Positions 41,819 to 51,736 of a stretch of 64,000 bases of DNA are shown here, one piece after another. Every line of letters starts with the position of its first letter. The stretch's first letter is position 1. The stretch lies in assembly GCA_964539515.1 (NCBI GenBank), contig CAZIJO010000002.1, positions 25,360 through 89,359 of the forward strand. Direction: 5' to 3'. Below the pieces are notes generated by a model. The model ran no database searches and was not told the DNA's origin. It saw only the letters and a list, made by a program, of their open reading frames with translations. Source of the DNA: an uncultured Bifidobacterium sp. (GTDB lineage: Bacteria; Verrucomicrobiota; Verrucomicrobiia; Limisphaerales; JADLHS01). The position numbers and the translations under genes were made by a program.

Positions 41819-43102
41819 ATGAAGACCGACGACATGGCGTTGGTGCGGGAATACGCCGCCAGCCAATCCGAGTCCGCCTTCGAACAACTCGTGGCGCGGC
41901 ATTTGAATCTGGTTTATTCCGCCGCGTGCCGCCGGGTGGGCGATGTCCATCTGGCCGAAGAGGTCACCCAGGCAGTTTTCATCATCCTTGCCCGCAAAGC
42001 CGCTTCGCTTGGACCGCAGACGATTCTTTCCGGCTGGCTGTACCGCACCACGCGCTATGCCGCCGCCGATGCGCTCAAGATTCAGCGGCGCCGGCAACAC
42101 CACGAACAGGAGGCGCAGGTGCAATCGCTATGGAACGAACCCCACTCCGACGACCCATCGCGCCGAAATGAAGCCGAGGCGGAAGCCTGGCAACAGATCA
42201 CGCCACTGTTGGAGGCGGCCATGGATTCGTTGGGGGAAAAAGATCGGAACGCGCTGGTGCTGCGCTATCTCAACGGCAAGAGCCTGAGCGAAGTCGGCTC
42301 GGCGCTAGGCGCGAGCGAAGACGCGGCCAAGATGCGCGTGAACCGCGCACTGGAAAAGTTGCGGAAGATTTTCCGCCAGCGCGGTGTGACGCTGACCGCG
42401 ACACTCATTGCGGGCGCGATGGCGGCGAACTCGGTGCAGGCCGCGCCGGTCGGTTTGGCGGCAAAGGTCGCGGTGGCGGCGGGGAAAGACGCGGGCATTT
42501 CGGCAACCCTAATCACCCTCGTGAAAGGAACTATGAAAACAATGACCTGGTGGAAACTCAAAATCGCCGCGGGCGCCGGCATCGCCATCGTGCTGGCAGG
42601 CGGCCTGGCAACCGTTGCACTCTCCGGCGGCAACCCGAATGCCACCCCCCAGGCCGCCAAGCCGGCCGATCCCGTCCTGATCGTGCCGGGCGAAAGTGTC
42701 GGCAAGGTACGGAAGGGCATGACGATCCCCGAGGTCGTTGCTGCGCTGGGCGAACCGGATAGCCGCCAAGGGCTGATTCTGAACTACCAGCGCCTCGGAT
42801 TTTCCGTCGTTCCGAGCCGGGACAATATCGTTCGAGTCGTCATGTGCGGCGACGCCGGGCTGCTCGACAGTCCTTTGGTGAAAGCGTTCAAAGGCCGTAC
42901 CAAGGAAGGGATCGGCATGGGCTCGACCCGGGCCGAAGTGCTGAAGGCATTTGGTCAGCCGACCGCGGTCAAGCCGTGGGGTGCCGGACAAGAACAATTG
43001 TCCTACCAAGCCCTTGGCCTAAAATTCACCGTCGAAGCGGGAAAGGTCTTTCACATCGCCGTGCAACTTAGCCAGCCAAGTGAAAACCGGCCGGCGAAGT
43101 AG
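41819..43102 (+). CDS. sigma-70-family (ECF-like) factor fused to TM helix and extracytoplasmic domain (tandem paralog)
   Basis: Same architecture as 40326-41558, and roughly two-thirds identical to it by eye. Confidence 0.85.
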   Translation: MKTDDMALVREYAASQSESAFEQLVARHLNLVYSAACRRVGDVHLAEEVTQAVFIILARKAASLGPQTILSGWLYRTTRYAAADALKIQRRRQHHEQEAQVQSLWNEPHSDDPSRRNEAEAEAWQQITPLLEAAMDSLGEKDRNALVLRYLNGKSLSEVGSALGASEDAAKMRVNRALEKLRKIFRQRGVTLTATLIAGAMAANSVQAAPVGLAAKVAVAAGKDAGISATLITLVKGTMKTMTWWKLKIAAGAGIAIVLAGGLATVALSGGNPNATPQAAKPADPVLIVPGESVGKVRKGMTIPEVVAALGEPDSRQGLILNYQRLGFSVVPSRDNIVRVVMCGDAGLLDSPLVKAFKGRTKEGIGMGSTRAEVLKAFGQPTAVKPWGAGQEQLSYQALGLKFTVEAGKVFHIAVQLSQPSENRPAK

Positions 43103-43248
43103 CGGTGCCCTTCCGCCGAAAAAACCTGGCACACCACCGAGGCCTAGCGGTGGGAGGGCGCTACAATCGATCAGTTGAATCAACCTTCATACGCCCCCGG
43201 GCTGGATAAAGCTTGCAACCATTCAGGAATGCGTGTGTTTGAGCAGGG

Positions 43249-43947
43249 GTGAAAACACGCCACGCTTTCTCGTTGATGGAACTGCTGGTGGTAATCGCAA
43301 TCATCGCCATCCTCGCGGCCATGCTGCTGCCAGCCCTGTCCGGCGCGCGGCGGAAGGCCAAGCAGGTTTCGTGTCTCAACAATCTGCACCAGATCGGCCG
43401 CGCGGTTCGGATCTATCTGGATGAAACCAGCAAATGGCCGACGGGACCCAACTGGATGCAAATCGAAGCCGTCCTCCGCGCCAACACCAATATCTGGGAC
43501 GAGCTCTGGCTTTGTCCGTCGTGGAAAAGAACGACGCCGTTCGATCTGGTGGCGCATTACAGTTTCAATCTCTACGGCAGCGGCAACGTGGACACGTTCC
43601 ATCTCAAGAATCCCGGCCAAAATCCGCTGGGCATCGCAATCATCGGCCAGCGCGGGGTCCAGGGCCGGCGGGAGCAGGAAGTCTCGAACCCGGCGGACAT
43701 GCTGATCGTCCTCGAGATGGGCCAGAGCGCGGCTTCGGTGCCACCTTCGTCGCCGGTTTGGCAGGAATTTCCATTCAAACACCCCGCCGGCTACATTCCT
43801 TTCTACCGCCACGACCAGAAAGGGAATGCCCTATTTGGCGACGGTCACGTGGCGTCCGGCAATCGGGAGCAGTTGGCCGGCACGGACCCGGCGGTCCGGC
43901 GACGATGGAATTATGATAATCTGCCGCACGATGAAAACTGGCGCTGA
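43249..43947 (+). CDS. prepilin-type N-terminal cleavage/methylation domain protein (DUF1559 / H-X9-DG-like)
   Basis: GTG start. [51 protein letters not shown]-terminal [10 protein letters not shown]. Confidence 0.85.
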   Translation: MKTRHAFSLMELLVVIAIIAILAAMLLPALSGARRKAKQVSCLNNLHQIGRAVRIYLDETSKWPTGPNWMQIEAVLRANTNIWDELWLCPSWKRTTPFDLVAHYSFNLYGSGNVDTFHLKNPGQNPLGIAIIGQRGVQGRREQEVSNPADMLIVLEMGQSAASVPPSSPVWQEFPFKHPAGYIPFYRHDQKGNALFGDGHVASGNREQLAGTDPAVRRRWNYDNLPHDENWR

Positions 43948-44632
43948 CCTTCCTGCCAACCTGCATTCCTTCCGCGGCATCATGGGCTGCTGTTTCCTGC
44001 TGGCCGATGGGGACGCGAGCGTGATGATCGACACCGGGATGGTTGGCGAAGCGTTTTTTATCCGGCGCCGTCTCCGACAACTGGGCCTCACCCCCCAATC
44101 CATCAAAGCCATTCTCCTCACGCATGGCCATCTGGATCACGCAGGCAATCTGGCCAGGCTCAAGGAATGGACGGGGGCAAGGATTTACGCCCACCCGGAT
44201 GAACAGGCACACGTGGATGGAACGTACCCGTATCAAGGCATCAATCGGTGGTGTGGCCGGCTCGAGGCGGCGGGGCGCTTGCTTTTCCGCTACCGGCCGG
44301 CCCGGATTGATGTGTTTCTGACCGACGGGCAGGAACTTCCCTTTTGGGGCGGCTTGCGGGTGATCCACCTGCCCGGCCACACGCGGGGCCATTGTGGGTT
44401 TTTCAGCGCACGCCACAATCTGCTTTTCAGTGGTGACATGTTCGCCAGCTACTTCTTCAATGTCCATAAACCACCAGCCATCTTGAACAGCGTGCCGGAG
44501 CAATTCCCGGCCAGCGCGGAACGGATTCGCCGCCTCGCGCCGCGTCTGATTGTCCCGAACCATCACGACGTGCTCGACGGGGAACGGCACCGGCGACGAT
44601 TTATCCGGTTATTCCAGCTGGCCGGCTGGTGA
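43913..44632 (+). CDS. MBL-fold metallo-hydrolase
   Basis: [12 protein letters not shown] (HxHxDH) and downstream HLPGHTRGH. Start is ATG 43913 or 43931, overlapping the pilin-like gene's end. Confidence 0.8.
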   Translation: MIICRTMKTGADLPANLHSFRGIMGCCFLLADGDASVMIDTGMVGEAFFIRRRLRQLGLTPQSIKAILLTHGHLDHAGNLARLKEWTGARIYAHPDEQAHVDGTYPYQGINRWCGRLEAAGRLLFRYRPARIDVFLTDGQELPFWGGLRVIHLPGHTRGHCGFFSARHNLLFSGDMFASYFFNVHKPPAILNSVPEQFPASAERIRRLAPRLIVPNHHDVLDGERHRRRFIRLFQLAGW

Positions 44633-44693
44633 ATTTGCCCTTTTCAGCCAGCGCGCCCGGCGTCATCTTGATCGGGCGATGTGATCGCGACGT

Positions 44694-45965
44694 ATGATTT
44701 TGTACAATTTGTTTCCGCTGCTGGCCGGCCCCTTTGGACGTTGGAACGAACATTTCACCCGCGCGGCCACGATGGGTTTCAACTGGGTGTACGTGAACCC
44801 GATTCAAAAGCTTGGCGCGTCCCGCAGCCTTTATTCCATTGCCGATTATTTCCAGTTGAACCCGGCTTTTGTCGATCCCGCGAACCCAGCCGCCGCCGAG
44901 GAGCAATGCCGGCAAATGACGGCGCAAGGCCGGGCCGCCGGCTTGCAGCTCATGACGGACCTGGTCATCAATCACTCGGCCTACGATTCGCCGCTCACCC
45001 GCGAACATCCGGAGTGGTTCGAGCGGGAACCGGGCGGACGCATCGCCAACGCCTTCTGTCAGCACGGCAGCGAGCGGGTGGTCTGGACGGATCTGGCGCA
45101 GTTTGATCACGAACACACCCCCGACAAGGAAGGGCTGTACCGCTATTGCCTGCGCGTGGTGGAACATCTGATCGGACTCGGCTTCATCGGCTTTCGCTGC
45201 GACGCAGCGTATCAAGTGCCGCCGGCGTTCTGGCAACGCTTGATCCGCGAGGTAAAGTCCCGCCACCCGGAGGCGTGCTTTGTGGCGGAGACGCTCGGTT
45301 GCTCCATTGACGAAACGCGCGACACTGCCCGGGCGGGGTTTGATTACGTGTTCAACAGTTCCAAGTGGTGGGACATGCAGGGCTGGTGGTTGATTGAACA
45401 GTACAATCTGATCCGCGAAACCGCGCCCTCCATCAGCTTCCCCGAAAGCCATGACACCCCGCGGCTGGCGGCCGAGTTCAACGGCAACCTTGCTGCCGTC
45501 AAACAACGTTACCTGTTCTCCGCCCTTTTCTCGGCGGGGGTGATGATGCCCATGGGCTTTGAATACGGATTTCACAAACCGCTGCACGTCGTTCACACGA
45601 CGCCAAACGACTGGCAGGTGAATGGGGTCGATCTCACGCCGTTCATCACCCGGGTCAACGCCATCAAACAACGCTTCCCCGTTTTCCGGGAGGAAAGCCC
45701 GGTGAACATTCTCCCCTGCAACAATCCGAACATCCTGCTCATGTGGAAAGCCTCCGCGCGGCACAAGGACGAGGCGCTGCTGATTTTGAACAAGGACCCG
45801 TGGACGCATCAGGAGTTTCACACCGATACTTTCCGGCATTGGGTTCAGGCCGGCGCGCCACTGCACGATGTTTCCCCCGAGCATCCGTTGGAATACATCC
45901 CCGAACCGTTTCATTACGCGCTGCGCCCGGGCCAGGGCATCGTGCTGGTCACACAGCGCAGTTGA
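44694..45965 (+). CDS. GH13 alpha-amylase-family protein, GlgE-like catalytic core
   Basis: GFNWVYVNPIQ; DLVINHS; HPEWF; GFIGFRCDAAYQVP (region II-like); CFVAETLG; FPESHDTPR. No N-terminal accessory domains are present. Confidence 0.65.
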   Translation: MILYNLFPLLAGPFGRWNEHFTRAATMGFNWVYVNPIQKLGASRSLYSIADYFQLNPAFVDPANPAAAEEQCRQMTAQGRAAGLQLMTDLVINHSAYDSPLTREHPEWFEREPGGRIANAFCQHGSERVVWTDLAQFDHEHTPDKEGLYRYCLRVVEHLIGLGFIGFRCDAAYQVPPAFWQRLIREVKSRHPEACFVAETLGCSIDETRDTARAGFDYVFNSSKWWDMQGWWLIEQYNLIRETAPSISFPESHDTPRLAAEFNGNLAAVKQRYLFSALFSAGVMMPMGFEYGFHKPLHVVHTTPNDWQVNGVDLTPFITRVNAIKQRFPVFREESPVNILPCNNPNILLMWKASARHKDEALLILNKDPWTHQEFHTDTFRHWVQAGAPLHDVSPEHPLEYIPEPFHYALRPGQGIVLVTQRS

Positions 45966-46096
45966 TCGGCGCCGGTTTGAGTTCCCATCTGTGCTTGTGG
46001 CCGAGGACGTGAGGGAGGCTGGGTGGAAGTTCAGAAGCTCGGAAGACCAAGCCTGCTCCAGCTGGCGCACAGGAATGCCTCCCTCGAGCTCGGGAC

Positions 46097-48490
46097 TTAT
46101 TCCTGCGGGTAAACCAGCACCCGGTCGTGCACCACCACGGCAAGGTCGTTCTTGCCGTCACCGTTAAGGTCGGCCACCAGCGCTTCGCGCGGTTCGGCCA
46201 TTTCGCCGCCCCGACCGCGAAAGGTCTTCTGCTCGAACACCTGCCAGCGATCCGCCGGGACGAGTTTGTGGTTGGCATCGAAAATCACGAGGTCGAGATG
46301 ATTTTTCGCGGTTTCCAGGAACACAAGGTCCTTGCGCCCGTCATTGTCGAGATCGCCCGAGACGACGTCATTCAGGTAGCCATCCTTGATCGGCGTCTCG
46401 TAGCCATCGAGCGTGGTAAATTCCCAGACCTCGCCCGCCAGTGGCAGCCAGGCGACCGCGTTGAGTCCCAGAAACGCCACACTATTCGCACCGCGCCCCC
46501 CCCAAGCCACGGGTTGCAAACGGTTGAACTCGGACACCGGCAACGCCAGATTACGCACGACCTGCCACACGCCCGCCGCATCACGCTCACACAACGTCAG
46601 CGCCTTGCGCTCCGCATCCAGCAGAAACAGCGATGGGATGCCCCCCGGGGTGCGCGCCACCGCGGTGGCCCCGATCAAACGGGAATTACTCGCGGCGCCA
46701 TTGATCTGGTCCTTCACCTGGAATACCCAGCCGGGTTTATTGGTTGTACCCGGGGCCAGCGTCTCCGGCTTGAGGACCACCGCCCGCAGGAAGTTCTTCT
46801 GGGTCATCAGCAATTCCGCTTTGCCATCGCCATCCACGTCCGCCACGCTCAACCACGGTTGCTCCACCACGCCACCGGGGGGAGCGACGTCCAGTTCTTC
46901 GAATTCTTCGCCCTGTGCCTGAAGCAGGATTTTTACTTTTTCGTACGGCACCAGCGCGACCAGGTCCGCCCGCCCATCCTGGTTCACATCGTGGAAAAGC
47001 AAAGTCGTCGGATTCGATCTGAAATCCTTGCTCAGTTTCTGCCGGGCACTTTTGCCGTCAGCCGTGCGGGTGACCAGGGATCGGCCTTCACTGGCATCGA
47101 GCACAACCACGGCCAGCGTCGGCTTGGCATCCGTCCGCAAAGCGCCGACCGCCAGCACGAGCGGTTTGCCATCAAACGCGATCAATTCTGGAAACGGCAG
47201 CCGCCCCTGGGCATCGAGGCGCGTGACTCCGACCTGTTTTTCATCGGCGCTCAAGAGGAAAATCTCCGCCTGCCCATCCCCATCCCAATCGGCGACGGCA
47301 ATATCGCTCACGCCGGCCAGGGTCGGGTAGGCGCGGGGCGAAGCGAGCGAACCATCCGGCTTTTGCAGGTAAATCGAGAGTTGCCCGCGTTCCGGTTCCG
47401 CCACGAGCAAATCGGCCAGGTTGTCACCGTTGACATCCGCCCACTGCAAACCCCGTTTTGCCTTGTCGGTCTTGCCCAACGGCAGGACCTGGAACTGGCC
47501 GGCTTTGAATTCCCCCGCCAGCGACTCCGCGGGCTTGCGGGTGAACTGCGAAATCTGCGCCCGGCCGGAATTTGCGGCCACCGTGACCACGAAAGTCTGC
47601 CGGCCCGCCTCCAGATTGTCGCCCCAATAGGAATGGATGGGCGGCAGTTTGAAATACACTTCCGGGCCAAGTTGCCCGTCGCCGTTTTGCAACCGAAACC
47701 GGAACGGCGTGGCGCTGTCGAAATTAACGAGCAGCAAGTCCCGCCGCCCGTCGCCATCGATATCGAGCACCTGCACCGATTTCGCAGCAGCGGCGATGGA
47801 AATTTTTTCCGCCTCGCCCAGGGTATGATCCGCCTGTTGCGGGATCAGATAAAAGTGGTTCTCCGCAAGCAGCACCAAGTCAGTGCGGCCATCGCCATTC
47901 AAATCTCCGGCGGTCAGGCCGTTCGGGTCCAGCAGGCCATCCTCGATCGGCCAGCGTTTCGGTGGGCTCCAACTGTTGGTGCCTTCGTTGTAGATGACAA
48001 TCAACTCCTTGGGATCGCCGTAGTAGGCGATGTCCGGCCGGCCATCGCCATTCAGGTCGGTGACCACCATCGCGCCAATGCGCTTTTCCGAGGCGATGGA
48101 TTCAATGCGAAAACGCGCATCCGGCGGCAACTCGTTCAGCTCGCGCTTCGGGGCGGGGGTTTTTGCCGCGACGCGGTTGGTCTGGCCCGTCTGGTTGTAG
48201 ATCAGATTGATCTTCGAGCGCGAGTTGTTCACGAGCACGAGATCCTGCAACCCGTCGCCATCCAGATCCGCCGCGTGCAGCAATCCGATCTGGCTGTCGA
48301 TCGGAAAAATCTCCGGGCCGGTGAATCCAAACCGATTGGTCACGACCTCGCCTCCGGCAGCGTGCGACAACCACGCCAGCACGAGCAGGGCCGCCCGCCC
48401 GCAGGCGGCCAAAGGCGATAACTTCCACTCGAGCCGGAACGGAGAAAAACGCTGCCAGCCGGCATAGGGGAGCAGTTTTTGCGTCTTCAT
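46097..48490 (-). CDS. secreted FG-GAP / VCBS (integrin-alpha-like) repeat protein
   Basis: Repeated DLDGDGLQDLVLVN, DLNGDGRPDIAYY, DLNGDGRTDLVLL, DIDGDGRRDLLLVN, DWDGDGQAEIFLL, DVDGDGKAELLM, DLNGDGKNDLAVV. The start at ATG 48490 (MKTQKLL...) gives a signal sequence. Confidence 0.85.
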   Translation of the reverse strand: MKTQKLLPYAGWQRFSPFRLEWKLSPLAACGRAALLVLAWLSHAAGGEVVTNRFGFTGPEIFPIDSQIGLLHAADLDGDGLQDLVLVNNSRSKINLIYNQTGQTNRVAAKTPAPKRELNELPPDARFRIESIASEKRIGAMVVTDLNGDGRPDIAYYGDPKELIVIYNEGTNSWSPPKRWPIEDGLLDPNGLTAGDLNGDGRTDLVLLAENHFYLIPQQADHTLGEAEKISIAAAAKSVQVLDIDGDGRRDLLLVNFDSATPFRFRLQNGDGQLGPEVYFKLPPIHSYWGDNLEAGRQTFVVTVAANSGRAQISQFTRKPAESLAGEFKAGQFQVLPLGKTDKAKRGLQWADVNGDNLADLLVAEPERGQLSIYLQKPDGSLASPRAYPTLAGVSDIAVADWDGDGQAEIFLLSADEKQVGVTRLDAQGRLPFPELIAFDGKPLVLAVGALRTDAKPTLAVVVLDASEGRSLVTRTADGKSARQKLSKDFRSNPTTLLFHDVNQDGRADLVALVPYEKVKILLQAQGEEFEELDVAPPGGVVEQPWLSVADVDGDGKAELLMTQKNFLRAVVLKPETLAPGTTNKPGWVFQVKDQINGAASNSRLIGATAVARTPGGIPSLFLLDAERKALTLCERDAAGVWQVVRNLALPVSEFNRLQPVAWGGRGANSVAFLGLNAVAWLPLAGEVWEFTTLDGYETPIKDGYLNDVVSGDLDNDGRKDLVFLETAKNHLDLVIFDANHKLVPADRWQVFEQKTFRGRGGEMAEPREALVADLNGDGKNDLAVVVHDRVLVYPQE

Positions 48491-48798
48491 CAATCGCCGC
48501 GAAAACTGCCAGCGCGTCCCCAGTCTGGCGAGTTTATTCGCGAAGGACCGGCGATCGGCGCCGCCAACATGCGGACGCCAAACAAGCCGCCGCCGCAATG
48601 ACTTCGGACTCCATTGGCTGAGCGTTGCGGCCACACGGTTCTTCGACGGGCGAAGTCGAAAGCCATGGTGTGTGCTGCTGCTCGTACTCGAGTTTTCCAT
48701 TGGTGCTCCCCCCGGACCGATGGCAATCCGCCGACCCTGCAATCAAACATTCCTTTGACCAAGTCCTTTGTATAAGCTGCCCCACCGAGTTCAAAACC

Positions 48799-49692
48799 AT
48801 GAAAACCGAGATACCGGAAGCCCTGAAAGCCGACGTGCCCCAAACCCAATGGGGAAAACTTCTCCTCGCAACTCCGGTCGTGATGACCGTCATCGCGACC
48901 CTGCTGGCCGGGCTCGCTTCGAGCGAAATGACCCGCGCCCAATACTCCCGTTCGTTTGCCGCCCAGCTGCAATCCAAGGCCGGCGACCAGTGGAGTTACT
49001 TTCAGGCCAAACGCCTTCGCAGTGTGACGCAACGCAACACTCTGGATTTGTTGCGGAGCACGACCACGGTGCGGCCCCTCGACGATGCCGCGCTCAAACA
49101 ACTTGGCCAACTCGCTCCTGCCACCATTGCCGCGTTGCAAACCGGCCAGCTACCCGCCATACCGCCGATTGCTTTGGATTCCAAGGTGCAGGCCGCGCTC
49201 GAAGCAGTGGAACATTCCAAACCCGAAAGCGAAATTACGCCCCGGCTCCATGAGCTCAAAGCGCAAGACCTGGACGTGGCCTTGAAAATCGCCCGCGATC
49301 GGGCGCAGGCTTTCGACCTGGCGTTACAGCCGGTGAATGAGGCGCTGGACCAAATTGATAAAACCCTTGCCGCCGCACCTTCCGGCGACGCAACCCGCGA
49401 TTTCACCGCCGCGCGCTTGCGTTACGCCGCTTCCCGTTACGATTCGGAAGCCCGCCTGAATCAAGCCGTGGCGAACGTACTGGAGTTGCAAGTGCGCCTC
49501 AACAACCTGGCCGCGGAGCGACACCACCGGCGCAGTGGGTGGTTCTTCTTCGGCATGCTGGCGGCGCAGGCGGCGGTAATCATCGCCACGTTTGCCATCG
49601 CCGCCCGACAACGCAACTTTCTCTGGTCGCTGGCCGCCTTCGCCGGTCTGGGGGCGGTCACATTCGCCATCTACGTTTATCTGCGCATGTAG
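48799..49692 (+). CDS. membrane protein, DUF4337-like
   Basis: The ATG at 48799 gives MKTEIPEALK..WGKLLLATPVVMTVIATLLAGLASSEMTRAQY..GDQWSYFQAKRLRSV, and a C-terminal pair of TM helices. The family assignment is from memory of the xFYQAK motif. Confidence 0.6.
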   Translation: MKTEIPEALKADVPQTQWGKLLLATPVVMTVIATLLAGLASSEMTRAQYSRSFAAQLQSKAGDQWSYFQAKRLRSVTQRNTLDLLRSTTTVRPLDDAALKQLGQLAPATIAALQTGQLPAIPPIALDSKVQAALEAVEHSKPESEITPRLHELKAQDLDVALKIARDRAQAFDLALQPVNEALDQIDKTLAAAPSGDATRDFTAARLRYAASRYDSEARLNQAVANVLELQVRLNNLAAERHHRRSGWFFFGMLAAQAAVIIATFAIAARQRNFLWSLAAFAGLGAVTFAIYVYLRM

Positions 49693-49796
49693 CCAACCCG
49701 CCGCGGTAGGCGCACACCCAATGGCCTTTGCTAGCCTGAGGTAGGGCGGGAATACGGGCGAACCGCGCTTTGGCCGTACCGGAAAAATCTGCCACC

Positions 49797-50726
49797 TCAT
49801 TCCGTGAGGTCGGACTTCGCGGATCGGCCGCGCTCCAGCGTCTGATCGTCCCACGATGCCGGATCATCGAGCGATTCGAGATGGGTGAAAACAACCGCGT
49901 CGGGCAACACCCGCCGGATGTCGCCTTCGATGCGTTCGAGCAGTTCGTGGCCGCGCTGCACGGTCCATGCACCGGGGACCAGGACATGAACGGAGACAAA
50001 TTTCCGCACCCCCGCCTGCCGGGTGCGCAGGGCATGAAATTGCACCCCGCCGACGGTGTAGCCTTCGAGAACCTGCCGCACCGCCATCACATCCTCCGCC
50101 CGCAAAGCCGTGTCCATGAGCCCGCTGATGGAGCGCCGGACAATCCCGACGCCCGTCCAGAAGATGTTGGCCGCCACCAGCAAAGCCACGATGGGATCCA
50201 AGCGTTGCCAGCCGGTGAGCGCCACCGCCCCCACGCCGCCCAACACCCCCACGGAGGTCCACACATCCGTCAACAAATGGCGCGCATTGGCTTCGAGGGT
50301 GATGGAGTTGTGGCGGCGGCCTGCCCGCAGAATCACCAACGCCACGACGAGATTGACCACCGATGCCGCAACCGAAACAGCCAGACCCACGCCCAGTTCC
50401 TGCAACGGACGCGGCGTCAGCAGTCGCAGGCTGGCCGCGACCGTGATGCTCAGGGCGGCCACCAGGATCAGACTGCCCTCCACACCGCTGGAAAAATATT
50501 CGGCTTTGCCGTGCCCGTAAGCGTGGTCTTCGTCCGCTGGCCGCGCCGCCACGGTCAGCATTGCCAGCGCCATGACACCTCCGATCAGATTTACGACCGA
50601 CTCGACTGCATCCGAAAGCAAGCCCACCGACCCGGTGATCAAGTAGGCGATGGTTTTGAGCGCAATGGTACCGACCGCCGCCGCGATCGAGAGCCAGGCG
50701 AAGCGAGTTAGTCGGGAGCGATTCAC
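49797..50726 (-). CDS. cation diffusion facilitator (CDF) family metal efflux transporter
   Basis: [35 protein letters not shown]; [10 protein letters not shown]; [10 protein letters not shown]. The C-terminal cytoplasmic domain is present. Confidence 0.9.
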   Translation of the reverse strand: MNRSRLTRFAWLSIAAAVGTIALKTIAYLITGSVGLLSDAVESVVNLIGGVMALAMLTVAARPADEDHAYGHGKAEYFSSGVEGSLILVAALSITVAASLRLLTPRPLQELGVGLAVSVAASVVNLVVALVILRAGRRHNSITLEANARHLLTDVWTSVGVLGGVGAVALTGWQRLDPIVALLVAANIFWTGVGIVRRSISGLMDTALRAEDVMAVRQVLEGYTVGGVQFHALRTRQAGVRKFVSVHVLVPGAWTVQRGHELLERIEGDIRRVLPDAVVFTHLESLDDPASWDDQTLERGRSAKSDLTE

Positions 50727-50888
50727 GCAGGCGGATTAGAACACCAAGGCATGGGGTTCGCCAAGCCCGGAGCGGCACCCGCGTTGCCGTTCCAGGCCCG
50801 GTCGAATCAGACATTCTCCAAGAACCAGCTTGACACTGGAACCGGCCTATACTATGTAATGCAAGGTAGCTGGCATAACAAGTAACAC

Positions 50889-51377
50889 GTGAGAACTTCG
50901 CCGCGCATTCTGTTCGCCGCCTCGGGCACGGTGCTTCTGCCGACCGAGTATTACTGCGTAGCGTCCGCCCTCGAGACGCAAGGCGAAGTCATGCAGGCTT
51001 TGCTGCTGATGCTGTTGGGGGCCAACGCGCTCGGGGTCGGGCTGTTTTGGTGGTTTCCGCGCGCCGCGCTGGCCGGCTTGCTGGCCAGCGGATTATTGAT
51101 TCTGCCTTATCAAGTGGCATTGCTTGACCGGCTGACGCGCCTGAACACCGAGATGACGCGGCTGGTTGATTCCCGCATGCGCCTGCGCGCCGAGGGCAAA
51201 CCGGTTCCCGCGAACTTGGACGATTACCAGTTCTCGGATCCCCGGCTTCGCCGCTTTGTTTACCGTTACATCGTGGAGGACGACGGGCGGGATTTCTCCC
51301 TGCATTACTTCGTCGTCCAACCCGGCATCACCCATTCTTTCAACTCAAAGACCGGCTGGTTTTATTATCCGGACTGA
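50889..51377 (+). CDS. hypothetical membrane protein
   Basis: GTG start at 50889 or ATG at 50991 (MQALLLMLLGANALGVGLFWWF...). Two predicted TM helices. No recognisable family. Confidence 0.5.
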   Translation: MRTSPRILFAASGTVLLPTEYYCVASALETQGEVMQALLLMLLGANALGVGLFWWFPRAALAGLLASGLLILPYQVALLDRLTRLNTEMTRLVDSRMRLRAEGKPVPANLDDYQFSDPRLRRFVYRYIVEDDGRDFSLHYFVVQPGITHSFNSKTGWFYYPD

Positions 51378-51393
51378 AAGCGAGCCCGCGGCC

Positions 51394-51735
51394 ATGGATG
51401 ATTTCTTCGACAACTGGACGGTGCAGGTGCGCAAAGGGCTGCTCGAACTTTGCATCCTCAACGCGCTGGCCGAGGAGGAGCGCTACGGTTACGACCTCGT
51501 GAAGGGCCTGGTGGGCGTTCCCGGGCTGGGCGTCACGGAAGGCACGCTCTACCCCCTGCTCTCGCGTTTGCGGATGGCGAATCTGATTTCTTCCCGGCTG
51601 GAAGAATCATCGGCGGGCCCCGCCCGGAAGTACTACTCCCTGACCCGCGAAGGCCGCAAAGTCATGGAAACGATGAACGATTACATGGCCGAACTGAATC
51701 GCAGCGTGAGCCGGCTGCGCAAGAAAGGAACGTAA
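51394..51735 (+). CDS. PadR-family transcriptional regulator
   Basis: RKGLLELCILNALAEEERYGYDLVKGL...TEGTLYPLLSRLRMANLISSRLEESSAGPARKYYSLTREGRKV. Confidence 0.9.
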   Translation: MDDFFDNWTVQVRKGLLELCILNALAEEERYGYDLVKGLVGVPGLGVTEGTLYPLLSRLRMANLISSRLEESSAGPARKYYSLTREGRKVMETMNDYMAELNRSVSRLRKKGT

Positions 51736-51736
51736 T

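Noticed and set aside
46127-48421. 764-aa plus-strand ORF. Comparable long antisense ORFs are 5976-7055, 14271-15797, 21906-23642, 25468-26937, 36748-37944, 51662-52930 and 59702-61150.
   Set aside because: Each lies opposite a gene with strong family motifs (FG-GAP repeats, PL1, Gfo/Idh/MocA, sdhA, argS, proB, VIT protein, FtsK-like ATPase). They are compositionally biased (R, G, P, A, H) with no recognisable domains.
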